The translations under genes and the position numbers were made by a program. DNA of 64,000 nt from Eledone cirrhosa. Taxonomy: Eukaryota. Location of the stretch: positions 38,750,001-38,814,000 of the forward strand of contig OZ024748.1 in the NCBI GenBank assembly GCA_964016885.1, written 5' to 3'. Numbering within the stretch: position 1 is the first letter of the stretch; each line of letters opens with the position of its first letter. The notes under the pieces are model-generated. The model made no database searches and was not told where the DNA came from. It worked only from the letters and a program-made list of their open reading frames with translations. Below, in pieces: positions 13,355 to 27,573 of this stretch.

Positions 13355-15191
13355 ATGGCGGAAAAGATGGCAGACATGTCTGCCATTAGCTCTGCCACGC
13401 CCCCCAAGTCTGAAGAACAAAAAATAATTACAACAAAACTAGACAATGAAACGAACAAAGAAAATGAAAAAACAAATGTTAAGGAAAATGAGCAAACAGA
13501 AAACAAACAAACAGAAAATAATACAAATAACAACAGGGCAACTTTCGCCCAGAAAACAAAACAATCCATTACATACACACCAATTGACCTAACTGCCGCC
13601 AGAGAAAAACTGGCCGAAGCAAAGAAACACATTGTTTTGGGGGAGAACGGAATGTTTTCCATTAACTCCCCCCCCCCCCCAGAATTCAAGAAAGCCAGAG
13701 CAGAAAACACAGTTCTCTACAGAACTATACTGAACCAGACAAGAAAGCCAGCACAGCCCAGCCAAATGGAAATAGAGTTAGTCCTAAAAGACTATATGAA
13801 GAATATTCTCTTCATACGAAAGGACCGACTCTATGGCAGCATTTCGGTCCTAACAAGAGACAAGGAAACGGCGGAGAAGCTTTCCTTAAGCCCACTCTCA
13901 TCGACAACATATAGCTTCTATCCCTCCTACATGGGTAGAAGAACACAGAGAGTAAAAGTAAAAACAATGCTGCCCACAATGGACTTCTGGTGGGCTATTG
14001 CTGGCTTCATTGATATGGGCGAAGACACAATGCTGTCAATGGGGAAGGCAACTGGAGATGCGTTCCTGGGAATGGGCCTCGACATACTAGTCCAAATGAG
14101 GCCCGAAAGAATAGCACAAATCCCGGATCGCATCTGGCTGGATGACCTTACCCCAATAGACATAATTGTAGAGGGGAGAAGACCAGCATGCTATTTATGC
14201 ATGGAAAGGGGACACGTTAAGGCTAACTGCCCGAAACGTATCCCCCAAAAAGGACTATTGCCCACACCCACCACAAACAGTACACCAACACCACCCACCT
14301 CCAAAAATACACTAATACCACACACAGCAAACAAAATACAGACACCACCAACCACAAACACAACACAAACATCACCACCACCAGCACCAAACACAAGCAC
14401 GACACAAAAATCACCACCACCAACCACAACACAAACACCACCATCACCAACCACAAGCACGACACAAACATTACCACCACCACCACAAAACCCATTCCAA
14501 ACAAATAATTAAAAAAACAGTAACAAATCTACCCCTCCCGCAAAAAATAAACAACCACACAACACGTCCCTCCCACCTAGCGCTGAAGAGTTTCCCCCAA
14601 CTTCTGAAGAAGAAGGAGGAGAAGCCTTAAGACAAGTTAAAAGAAAAAAAAGAAAACACACACCCAGCACACCACAAATAACCCACACACAAACACCAAC
14701 TCCAATCAAAAACACCCCACCCTCAACAAACAAAAATAAATCTGCGCCTCCCCTCTCCGAAACATTGACAGCATCACAAAAAAAGACGTTGCAATACACA
14801 TATATAAATAAAGAAAACAAAAAACTGGTTAAATTAATAAACAATAACCCTATGGTGCAGACCGAAGGGCTAAACTTTATCTCAACAGAGAACTTCACCC
14901 ATTTAAAAATGATAAAGGTCCCTCTGGACCTTTATCGTTCCTTAAAAGAACAATTTAGACGGGACGTGAGCCCCCCCCCCCTGTTTAAAACCGTTGAATC
15001 GCGTCCTCTTGAAAGATTTCCCCATAACCGCCCCTCTCCCTGACACAACTCCAAATACCCCAACCCCACCACACACGTGTACCCCCACACCACCACAAAA
15101 CATCCCTCCACCCAACACACCTGATGCCATGGAAATTACGCAACCCGGAGAGGTAAGTGCTTTTCTTTCTTCACTTTCAACACCAAAATAG
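13355..15191 (+). pseudogene. LINE ORF1 (gag-like, CCHC zinc knuckle, Pro/Thr-rich tail)
   Basis: ATG at 13355; CYLCMERGHVKANC; in-frame TAA at 14510 after which the frame stays open to 15043; probable frameshift at the C-run ~14971-14981. Confidence 0.85.
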
Positions 15192-18100
15192 ATCAATTGA
15201 GAGTTGGCTGTTTGAACGCGCGTGGCCTGGGCTCAGCTTGGAAGCAAGCAAAGCTTCTAAGTGACCTCAGGTCACAAAGTATAGATGTGATGGTTGTTTG
15301 CGAGAGTCGGATCAGCAGCGTGAGACAGCTGGCGCCCGCCTTCGATGACTTTGAGATGCACGCATCTCTCTGTCAACCCGGAGGCGGGGGGGGGGGGAGT
15401 TGCCGTACTGCTGGATAAACGTCTGACTCTCGACGTACAGATTGTTCACTCGGACCCGGGGGGTCGATTACTGGTGCTGGACGTCGGAGGCGGTGAAGGC
15501 GGGGCTTTCAGACTGGTCGGTCTTTATGCTCCCTTCGGGGCGGAAAGAGCCGACTTCTTCCAGCGTCTGGAGACTTTTCTAGGAACGTCGCGTTCCCTGC
15601 TTTTAGTGGGGGACTGGAATGGAATCCTAGATGCGCGTTGGGACTATGCAGGGGCATGTCCCGATAGAGGGGGGTGTAGCAGCCTCAAGGGGTTACTCGA
15701 TCGATTCGACCTGGTCGATAGATTTCGACTAGATTGTCCAACTGCGCCAACCTGGACCTGGGCAAACCGCAGTGGACAATCTAGATCGTACCTAGATAGG
15801 TTTTTGGTTAGGAGTAAGGATAGGGACGTATTTAGTTGTCCAGAACTGATCATGGTTGGCTATTCAGATCACAAATTAGTGACCTGCGTGGTCAACCTTG
15901 ATAGAACGCATAGACAGGGTCCCGGTTACTGGAAGATGAACTTGTCCTTACCGACAAAGAAAGATTACAGAAACCGGATTAGTAGCTTAGTTAAGATGCG
16001 GTTGACGGGAGCGATCGTCAACAGTAGGTGGTGGATATCTCTAAAGAGAGAGATTAGAGTAAGTTCGATAGGTTACAGTAAGGAACTAGCGGCGAATAGA
16101 AATAGGAGGGAAAGGGAGTTAACAGATAAACTAGAAGAGGCGATTAGGAGCGGAGACGTAGCCAGAGTGTTAGCGACGAGAACGGCATTGAGCCAGTTCT
16201 TTGACGCGAAGCACGAAGGCTGCGTTGTCCGAAGTAAAATACGTGCTTTAGGAAACGAGGGGACCAAAGCTGTTAGCTGGGCCCGCGTGACAGAAGCCAA
16301 GAGTGGGATTAAATCCACCATTCGGTCTTTGCGAGACCAGGATGGACGGGTGATCCTTGAACCTGAGCGAATGTGCGAGACCTTTCAAAGGCACTTTGCT
16401 CGACTGTTCGGAGGTGGCGGGGGGCCGGACGGGGATGTGGACTTCGGTCCATACCTCGACGGTCTACTGCGTCTTTCGAGCGGCGAAGCGGAGTGCTGCG
16501 AAAGGCCAATCACAGCCACTGAAATCGGGGAAGCACTCAGCCAAGGCAGCAGACGCAAATCCCCGGGTCTCGATGGTCTACCATACGAACTTTATTTAGC
16601 TATGCCGGTCTTGTTCTCCGAACTCCTCGAGGCTGTCTATTGCAACTGGCAACAGAACGGGAGAATTCCCTGTTCTGTGACCAAGGGCGTGGTCACGCTA
16701 GTGAGGAAGGACGAAAGCAAGGGGGACGACTTAAGTAACTTTAGGCCCATAACTCTGCTGAATGCAGAGTTACAGATTTTGGCCAAGGTGTTGGCGAAGA
16801 GGTTGGCGCTTGTGGTGGCTGGTTTGGTGGGAGACGCGCAGACATGCGCTATCCCGTCCAGGTCCATTCACGACAACCTCCACCTCATGCGATACATCAT
16901 AGAGAGGGTTGGCTACGAACCCGGCTTTGGTGGGGCCCTGATCAACTTGGATCAATCTAAGGCGTTCGATAGGGTCGACCATGGTTACCTGGATGCGGTG
17001 CTAGCGGCGGCGGGCTTCGGAGCCGTTTTCAGGGGCTGGATTTCTGCCATGCACAGTGGCAACATCTACTCTAGGATTAAAGTAAACGGCTACCTCTCGG
17101 AGCCGTTTCAAATCACCCGATCCATCAGACAGGGGTGCCCCCTCTCCTCCCTTCTGTACGTATTGACTCTCGAGCCACTGCTGCGGAAGTTGGAGTTGCT
17201 GCGGGGCATACCCCTGGAACCGGGATTGCACAAAGCGGTATCGGCCTATGCCGACGACGTAACAGTAATGGTGGCGGACGCCTCGGAAATCGGGGCGATC
17301 GCCACCCTACTGGAGGAATACGAAAGGCTGACGGGGGCTAAGCTGAACCAGGACAAGTCAGTCGGTTTGCAACTCGGAACGTGGAGGGGCAAACCGATGC
17401 TGTTAGACGGTGTCGTCGGGCGGTGGACGGAGGGCCCGGTGAAGCTGCTCGGGGTCTGGTTCGGACCGGACCTCCAGGTGGAGAAGAATTGGGGCGAGGT
17501 GACGAGCAGGGTGTTTGCGCTGACCCAGAAGTGGGCCAAGTGCAAACTATCACTGAAAGGTCGGGCGGAGGTGACGAACGCTTACATAGCGTCCGTCAAC
17601 TACTACCGCCTGACCGTCGTGCCTTGCCCCAAGGAAAAGCTCACCATCATGGAACGCATGCTCTTCCAGTTCCTCTGGAAGAAGCGGCCTCCCATGGTGA
17701 GGAGATCCATCTGCTGCCAGCACCCTTCGAAAGGAGGGCTGGGTATGCCGTGGCTGTTGATGCGTAGGCACGCATTGAGGCTACGGCATCTACAGGTATT
17801 CCTCAACGGTCAGCCGGTGTGGGCCCCGTTTGTGAGGCGAGCCTTCCCACAGCTCGTCTCGCTCACCGAACTGCAATCCTGGGTGAAGCAAAGACCGAGA
17901 AAACTGGGCAACTGGCACACCGAGTGTGCCCAGGCGCTCACGGCTATCTGGCAAGCGGACCCGACTGTCAGTGGAGAATCCACCTCGACATTCTATAGAG
18001 GGTTAGTGGCTAGCAGGGGCGACGACACCCTTGGAGAGTCGCTAGGCATGGAGGAGGACGAACTGGCCAGCCTGTTCGGTAGAACTTTCGGCCCGGGACC

Positions 18101-18629
18101 CATGGATAACTTCCAGAGGTCCCTAGCCTGGCAGTGTTACCGGGGGGCTCTGCCCGTTTGAGAAAAGCTCTACAGACACGGGCGCCCGGGCAGGGATCCC
18201 GCGAAAAAGATCTGTCCCAGATGCGTGCGCGACGAGGAAACCGTTGCGCATGCACTGGTACACTGCCCGGGCGTTGCCGATCTGTGGGGCTACGTCGAAC
18301 GACTGCTGTCGCGTGTGGCGCCGATTCGATTAACCGCCGAGTCTGTGGTGAACATCAAGCCGCCTCCTCCCTTCAGAAATGAAGCAGAGGCGGTCTTTCT
18401 GTGCGTAATAGCCATGATGAAAGAGGTTGTGTGGTGGACGCGCCTGAAAGGTCTGAGGTCGGGTGACTTTCTCTCCGGCCATCACCTGGTTTACTTCTTC
18501 CGATACCACTTCGGAAGAAGAATCAGGATGGAGAGAGAAGTGCTTGGTCCCAGACAGTTTTATGAAAGGTGGGTGAAAGAAGCGAGAATGGCCCGTGTAA
18601 ATGGGCCTTCTCTCTATATTGTTCTGTAG
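15188..18629 (+). pseudogene. LINE ORF2: APE endonuclease, reverse transcriptase, C-terminal CCHC
   Basis: LNARG, GDWN, YLDRF, SDH; PGLDG, NFRPITLLN, LDQSKAFDRVDH, IRQGCPLS, YADD; CPRC..ETVAHALVHC; frameshift at the G-run ~15386-15398 and TGA at 18159. Confidence 0.95.
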
Positions 18630-19015
18630 GTGAAGAAGTGAAGAGGAAAGGGGGAGCGCCTCCTCTCTGGGCTTCCCCCGCGAAAAGAGTTGCACACTTT
18701 TCGGGGGTATGTGCAATCCCCAACACGCCCCCTCCCTTTTGAGGACTTTTTATTGTTATATTATTATTGTTATTCCTTTTTTCTTTACTCGATTTATGTA
18801 AACTCCCCCACTGTGTAAATGTCCCCTTCTTTTGTGCCCTCGTGGCAAATAAATAGAAATTTATCTATCTATCTATCTATCTATCTAATACATGATTCGA
18901 CAACCGTTTCTGGGCTATCTATTTTTCGTCGTTAGGGATAATACCAGACGTATTCAACTATTTATAGTTACCTGCATTGTGGCGGCTTTCCCACTAAGTT
19001 AACATATTTTGCAGT

Positions 19016-19074
<59 letters not shown>

Positions 19075-19097
19075 CATATATATGTGTATGTGTGTGC

Positions 19098-19222
<125 letters not shown>

Positions 19223-19514
19223 ATATAAATGTGTGTGTGTATATAAATGTGTGTGTGTATATAAATGTGTGTGTGTACATATATATGTGTGTGTACATAC
19301 ATATGTGTGTGTGTACATATATGTGTGTGTACATATATGTGTGTGTACATATATATATATATGCGTGTCTGTACATATATATATGTGTGTGTATATGTAT
19401 ATATGTGTGTGTGTGTTACGTAAACGTGACATAGCACTGACTCTCCACCATATTCAAATACAGTCTGACCCAGGAAATGATTGCCAGTCAACTGTAGTAC
19501 AACTGTGGGGGGTA

Positions 19515-20280
19515 GTGGTGGTGATGGTGGTGGTGGTGACAGAGTGATGGTGGTGGTGGTAGTGACGGAGTGATGGTGGTGACGGAGTGGTGGTGGTGGT
19601 GACGGAATGATGGTGGTGGTGGTGGTGGTGGTGACGGAGTGGTGGTGGTGGTTATGGTGGTGGTGGTGATGGTGGTGGTGGTGGTGACGGAGTGGTGGTG
19701 GTGGTGGTGGTGACGGAGTGATGGTGGTGGTGGTGATGGTGGTGGTGGTGGTGGTTATGGTGGTGGTGGTGACGGAGTGATGGTGGTGGTGGTAGTGACG
19801 GAGTGATGGTGGTGACGGAGTGGTGGTGGTGGTGACGGAGTGGTGGTGGTGGTGGTGGTGGTGGTGACGGAGTGGTGGTGGTGGTGGTGGTTATGGTGGT
19901 GGTGGTGATGGTGGTGGTGGTGGTGACGGAGTGGTGGTGGTGGTGGTGGTGACGGAGTGATGGTGGTGGTGGTGATGGTGGTGGTGGTGGTGGTTATGGT
20001 GGTGGTGGTGACGGAGTGATGGTGGTGGTGATGGTGGTGGTGACGGAGTGGTGGTGGTGATGGTGGTGATGGTGGTGACGGAGTGATGGTGGTGGTGGTG
20101 GTGACGGAGTGATGGTGGTGACGGAGTGGTGGTGGAGGTGGTGGTGGTGGTGTGGGAATGGTGGTGGTGGTAGTGTTTGACGGAGTAGTGGTGATGGTGG
20201 TGGTGGTGGTGGAGGGTAGTGAGGGGTAATGGTGGTGGTGGAGAGTAGTGAGGGGGTAGTGGTGGGAGGTGGTGGTAATA
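19515..20280. repeat. (GGT)n / GGTGACGGAGT minisatellite
   Basis: Direct reading. Confidence 0.9.
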
Positions 20281-20364
20281 GTGAGAGTAATCAGCCAGCT
20301 CTTCCTTTCCAGATTGCACAATGTCAGCCTATAGCGGACACGTACACACGTATTTATGTATGTG

Positions 20365-20408
<44 letters not shown>

Positions 20409-20536
20409 TATATATATATGTGTGTATATGTATTTATGTATTTATGTATGTGTATATATATATATATGTATAAGTATTTATGTATTTATGTATGTGTATA
20501 TATATATATATATGTATAAGTATTTATGTATTTATG

Positions 20537-20584
<48 letters not shown>

Positions 20585-20638
20585 TATATAGATGTATTTA
20601 TGTATGTATATATATATAGAGAGAGAGATGTATTTATG

Positions 20639-20679
<41 letters not shown>

Positions 20680-20724
20680 TTATATATATATATATACATG
20701 TATTTATATATATATATATACTTG

Positions 20725-20770
<46 letters not shown>

Positions 20771-20812
20771 CGTAGATATAGATAGATAGATAGATAGATA
20801 TACATACATACA

Positions 20813-20882
<70 letters not shown>

Positions 20883-21217
20883 TGCGTATGTATATACAGA
20901 TACATATACGTACACAGACACAGATCAACGACCGCCCGATAAAGAATGTCTTGGTAAGATTTTCACCAACTCGTCCTATATTTTATATTTTACATCGCAT
21001 TTTCGGAACAATATTGTCATTGGTGACATAATCTACCAATCAATGCTCCAGTGTATTCAGTGTAACGGGAATCACAAGTGGATCTAATGAAATATCTTCC
21101 GATGTTTACGTATTTTTGCCGATACTCGGATGAAAAAAAAACTTGGACCCTGAGAATGTATGTTTTAACCCACCAACACAGAGTAGATAATTTCTGTTAA
21201 TAATTCAGCCATATATA

Positions 21218-24200
21218 TTTAACCAACCACAGCTATAATATACCTTAACAAACCAACAAGAGCTATAATATACTTTAACAAACCAACCATAGCTATAATA
21301 TACCTTAACAGACCAACTATAGTAATAATATACCTTAACAGACCATAGCTATAATATACCTTAACAAACCAACCATAGCTATAATATATCTTAACAGGCC
21401 AACTATAGTAATAATATACCTTAACAAACCAACCATAGCTATAATATACCTTAACAAACCATAGCTATAATATACCTTAACAGACCATAGCTATAATATA
21501 CCTTAACAGGCCAACTATAGTAATAATATACTTTAACAGACCAACCATAGCTATAATATACCTTAACAGACCAACCATAGCTATAATATACCTTAACAAA
21601 TCAACCATAGATATAATATACCTTAACAGACCATAGCTATACTATACCTTAACAGGCCAACTATAGTAATAATATACCTTAACAGACCAACCATAGCTAT
21701 AATATACCTTAACAGACCAACCATAGCTATAATATACCTTAACAGAACATAGCTATAATATACCTTATCAAACCAACCATAGCTATAATATATCTTAACA
21801 GACCAGCCATAGCAATAATATACCTTAACAAACCAACCATAGCTATAATATACCTTAACAAACCATAGCTATAATATACCTTAACAGACCAACCATAACT
21901 ATAATATACCTTAACAAACCAACCACAGCTATAATATACCTTAACAAACCAACCATAGCTATAATATACCTTAACAAACCAACCATACCTATAATATACC
22001 TTAACACACCATAGCTATAATATATCTTAACAGACCAACCATAACTATAATATACCTTAACAAACCAACCACAGCTATAATATACTTTAACAAACCAACC
22101 ATAGCTATAATATACCTTAACAGACCAACCATAGCTATAATATACCTTAACAGACCAACCATAACTATAATATACCTTAACAAGCCAACCACAGCTATAA
22201 TATACCTTAACAAACCAACCATAGCTATAATATACCTTAACAAACCAACCATAGCTATAATATATCTTAACAGACCAGCCATAGCTATAATATACCTTAA
22301 CAAACCAACCATAGCTATAATATACCTTAACAAACCATAGCTATAATATACCTTAACAAACCAACCATAGCTATAATATACCTTAACAAACCAACCATAG
22401 CTATAATATATCTTAACAGACCAGCCATAGCTATAATATACCTTAACAAACCAACCATAGCTATAATATACCTTAACAAACCATAGCTATAATATACCTT
22501 AACAAACCAACTATAGCTATAATATACCTTAACAAACCAACGATAGCTATAATATACCTTAACAGACCATAGCTATAATATACCTTAACAAACCAACTAT
22601 AGCTATAATATATTTTAACAAACCAACCATAGCTATAATATACCTTAACAGACCAACCATAGCTATAATATACCTTAACAAACCAATCATAGCTATAATA
22701 TACCTTAACAGACCATAGCTATAATATACCTTAACAGACCAACCATAGCTATAATATACCTTAACAAACCAACCAGAGCTATAATATACCTTAACAGACC
22801 ATAGCTATAATATACCTTAACAAACCAACCATAGCTATAATATACCTTAACAAACCAACCATAGCTCTAATATACCTTAACAGACCATAGCTATAATATA
22901 CCTTAACAAACCAACCATAGCTATAATATATCTTAACAGACCAACCATAGCTATAATATACCTTAACAAACCAACCATAGCTATAATATACCTTAACAGA
23001 CCAACCATAGCTATAATATACCTTAACAGACCAACCATAGCTATAATATACCTTAACAAATCAACCATAGATATAATATACCTTAACAGACCATAGCTAT
23101 ACTATACCTTAACAGGCCAACTATAGTAATAATATACCTTAACAGACCAACCATAGCTATAATATACCTTAACAGACCAACCATAGCTATAATATACCTT
23201 AACAGAACATAGCTATAATATACCTTAACAAACCAACCATAGCTATAATATATCTTAACAGACCAGCCATAGCTATAATATACCTTAACAAACCAACCAT
23301 AGCTATAATATACCTTAACAAACCATAGCTATAATATACCTTAACAGACCATAGCTATAATATACCTTAACAAACCAACCATAGCTATAATATATCTTAA
23401 CAGACCAGCCATAGCTATAATATACCTTAACAAACCAACTATAGCTATAATATACCTTAACAAACCATAGCTATAATATACCTTAACAAACCAACGATAG
23501 CTATAATATACCTTAACAGACCATAGCTAAAATATACCTTAACAAACCAACTATAGCTATAATATATTTTAACAAACCAACCATAGCTATAATATACCTT
23601 AACAGACCAACCATAGCTATAATATACCTTAACAAACCAATCATAGCTATAATATACCTTAACAGACCATAGCTATAATATACCTTAACAGACCAACCAT
23701 AGCTATAATATACCTTAACAAACCAACCATAGCTATAATATACCTTAACAGACCATAGCTATAATATACCTTTACAAACCAACCATAGCTATAATATACC
23801 TTAACAAACCAACCATAGCTCTAATATACCTTAACAGACCATAGCTATAATATACCTTAACAAACCAACCATAGCTCTAATATACCTTAACAAACCAGCC
23901 ATAGCTATAATATATCTTAACAAACCAACCATAGCTATAATATACCTTAACAGACCATAGCTATAATATATCTTAACAGACCAACCATAGCTATAATATA
24001 CCTTAACAGACCATAGCTATAATATACCTTAACAGACTATAGCTATAATATACCTTAACAAACCAACCATAGCTATAATATACCTTAACAGACCATAGCT
24101 ATAATATACCTTAACAAACCAACCATAGCTATAATATACCTTAACAAACCAACCATAGCTATAGTATACCTTAACACACCATAGCTATAATATACCTTAA

Positions 24201-24947
24201 CAGACCATAGCTATAATATACCTTAACAAACCAACCATAGCTATAATATACCTTAACAAACCAACCATAGCTATAGTATACCTTAACACACCATAGCTAT
24301 AATATACCTTAACAGACCATAGCTATAATATACCTTAACACACTATAGCTATAATATACCTTAACAGACCATAGCTATAATATACCTTAACACACTATAG
24401 CTATAATATACCTTAACACACCATAGCTATAATATACCTTAACAGACCATAGCTATAATATACCTTAACAGACCAGAGCTATAATATACCTTAACAGACC
24501 ATAGCTATAATATACCTTAACAGACCATAGCTATAATATACCTTAACAGACCAGAGCTATAATATACCTTAACAGACCAGAGCTATAGTATACCTTAACA
24601 GACCATAGCTATAATATACCTTAACAGACCAGAGCTATAATATACCTTAACAGACCATAGCTATAATATACCTTAACAGACCAGAGCTATAGTATACCTT
24701 AACAGACCATAGCTATAATATACCTTAACAGACCATAGCTATAATATACCTTTACAGACCAGAGCTATAATATACCTTAACAGACCAGAGCTATAATATA
24801 CCTTAACAGACCATAGCTATAATATACCTTAACAGACCAGAGCTATAGTATACCTTAACAGACCATAGCTATAATATACCTTAACAGACCAGAGCTATAA
24901 TATACCTTAACAGACCAGAGCTATAGTATACCTTAACAATCCAACCA
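21218..24947. repeat. 3.7-kb minisatellite, 30/26-bp unit TTAACA(A/G)ACC(AACC)ATAGCTATAATATACC
   Basis: More than 120 tandem units. Confidence 0.98.
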
Positions 24948-25085
24948 TTCGAATCTCTCCAAGATCAACTTTACCTTTCATCATTTTGCGGTTGATAATA
25001 TAAAGTACCAGTCACGTACTGGGGTGAATATAATCGACATTTCCCTCCCCACAAATTGCATTCTTTGTGTCTAAATTAGACAATA
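24948..25085 (+). mobile_element. Degenerate SINE family 1 (partial)
   Basis: TTCGAATC..CAACTTTACCTTTCATC..GTTGATAATATAAAGTACCAG. Confidence 0.65.
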
Positions 25086-25515
25086 TATCAAATCGGCTTT
25101 TTATTTGTTTAGTAAAGCCATTCTTTTTATCAAATATCTTTCGCTCCACCTTTCAGAAATAAGTCTACATTTTTCTATTATAATTATCTTTTAGGTTCTG
25201 TTTTCCTTTCATCCGTCTGTCGGAGCTTTTATCTTTTTTTACCTTCTCAACTAAAAATCTGAAAATATTTCATTAACGTGCTATCATTCCTCCTCTTAAT
25301 GGGTGGTCAGGAATTTCGACAGATACTCTATATGGTATACTCTGTATGTGTATGTCTATATGTATGGCTTTCTGTGTGAGAGAGAGAGAATATATATACA
25401 TACACTCATATATATGCACACATACATATGCATAAGCACATACATATACATACACACACACACATATATATATATATATGTGTGTATATATATATATACA
25501 TTCATGCACACATAT

Positions 25516-25581
<66 letters not shown>

Positions 25582-25739
25582 ATATATATGTATATATATA
25601 TACATTCATGCACACATATACACATACATATATATATATATACGCATACACATACATAAATACACACTTGCATGCAAACACACACAAGTGTGTGCGTATA
25701 AAAAGATTCGTACACACACATTCTCGCACACATATTTAA

Positions 25740-25803
<64 letters not shown>

Positions 25804-25820
25804 AATATATCTTAGCTTTA

Positions 25821-25854
<34 letters not shown>

Positions 25855-26161
25855 TAAAGCTAAGAGGTGATGACAGTGACATGGGGTTTGCTGTTGCAGT
25901 GTCAAATGGTAAGTTAGGCGGGTATAATGACCCAGTGATTAATGGATTAAACCAGATTAAGATCTAGAATATAACATTAGTCACGAGATTGTCAAATTAC
26001 ACCAACCTCTGACCTTCTCAACACCCCACCCCCTACACAACCACCCCACCTCCTACACAACCACCCCACCCTACACACTCCACCCTAGTTTAACTTTGAA
26101 ATATTTCTTGAGCACTTTTATGGAATATTACTTGTTTTAAATTTTATTTTTTATTATACAT

Positions 26162-26565
26162 GTCATTACACACATATATATTACTGCACATACACACACG
26201 TCATTACACACATATATATTACTGCACATACACACACGTCATTACACACATATATATTACTGCACATACACACACGTCATTACACACATATATATTACTG
26301 CACATACACACACGTCATTACACACATATATATTACTGCACATACACACACGTCATTACACACATATATATTACTGCATATACACACACGTCATTACACA
26401 CATATATATTACTGCACATACACACACGTCATTACACACATATATATTACTGCACATACACACACGTCATTACACACATATATATTACTGCACATACACA
26501 CACATCATTACACACACACATCATTACACACACATCATTACACACACACACATCATTACACACAC
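26162..26565. repeat. 38-bp minisatellite GTCATTACACACATATATATTACTGCACATACACACAC
   Basis: About 9 near-perfect copies plus a decayed tail. Confidence 0.95.
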
Positions 26566-26759
26566 ACCTCACAACAGCCATTAATTGTCTTCATTTCAAA
26601 ATTTGGGAAATATTTTTCCACAATGACAGAGAAATAAAAATTAAAAAGCGAACAAACGGGGTGGAGAGGGCTGCGGGGAGGGGGTAAACTCTACACTGTG
26701 GGTTAGACATTTCTATCTCAGCTACACCCTAACAATAGGGAAGGAGTAACGTCAATTAA

Positions 26760-27573
26760 ATCGACTTCATAGCTTGCAGCCTTGATTTTCACTCCTTCAG
26801 GAACAAAAACAAGAGCAGTTTTCCCCGTCGAAGACACTCCAGGTTAGACCATCATAGAAAGAGGTTTTTTAATGCGTTTGATATTTCTGGTATCCTCGGG
26901 ATATGACTGAGGGTTTTCCGCAAGGACCCTGTCACTTTGGCTGTTGTGAGTTTCTTCAACAGTAAACAACTTCTTGTCTGTGAAGAATACATTGTCCAAG
27001 CCGTGAGTATTGAGCCAATCAGGCACTGCACGACTTCTTGCGAGTTTCCCTCTGAAGTAGTTGTTGGGCTGTGAATTTTTCGGCGTTTCAATGAAGCAAG
27101 TCCCAATTCGCTTTTGACAACTCACTTCAAAGATTCTCTTGAAACTCTCAGCTCAGCAGCCATCTTTCTCATGGAGCACTTTGGATTTCTGTGAACTCTG
27201 AAACTGATGATTTTCTTGAGTCTGGAAGTCCTGACTGACCTGGGATGTCCTGACCTCGCTCGATCTTGAACTCCTCCAGTGTCGCTGAATCAATTGATGG
27301 TTTGATAGATTAACATTTGCTTCGTTTTTGGCCAATAGAGAAGATTTAAGATTTCTGATGGCAACTTGCCAGCTTCATGTAGCTCAGCTACTGCAGATCG
27401 TTCACGTTCCTTTCTAATTTTGGACAAAACTATATCACTTAAAGACGAGTTCAGGACTTGAAAGAAGACAAAAAATCTTTTTAAAAATATGAAATAAAGT
27501 AGAATTACCAGGTTTTTATGTTAAACTAAGAACTTCAAGAAATGAAGAAAAATAACTTTTCGGTCACCCTGTA
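26760..27573 (-). mobile_element. Tc1/mariner (maT/DD37D-like) transposon remnant
   Basis: DNVFFTDKKLFTVEETHNSQSDRVLA..KKPLSMMV*PGVSSTGKTALVFVPEGVKI; terminus TA-CAGGGTGACCGAAAA on the minus strand. Confidence 0.85.

Larger units (their letters stand above)
13152..18862 (+). mobile_element. Full-length Tx1/L1-clade non-LTR retrotransposon
   Basis: 5' UTR, ORF1 with zinc knuckle, ORF2 APE-RT-CCHC, 3' UTR with AATAAA, (ATCT)n on both flanks. Confidence 0.95.

Noticed and set aside
15153-15191. 39-nt intron fusing ORF1 to ORF2
   Set aside because: Removal keeps the ORF1 frame and hits TGA two codons later; also very short for an intron
18890-18950. Minus-strand CTAACGA...GAAAC-GGTT-GTC HHR-like remnant
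   Set aside because: Core mutated and stems I and II do not pair convincingly
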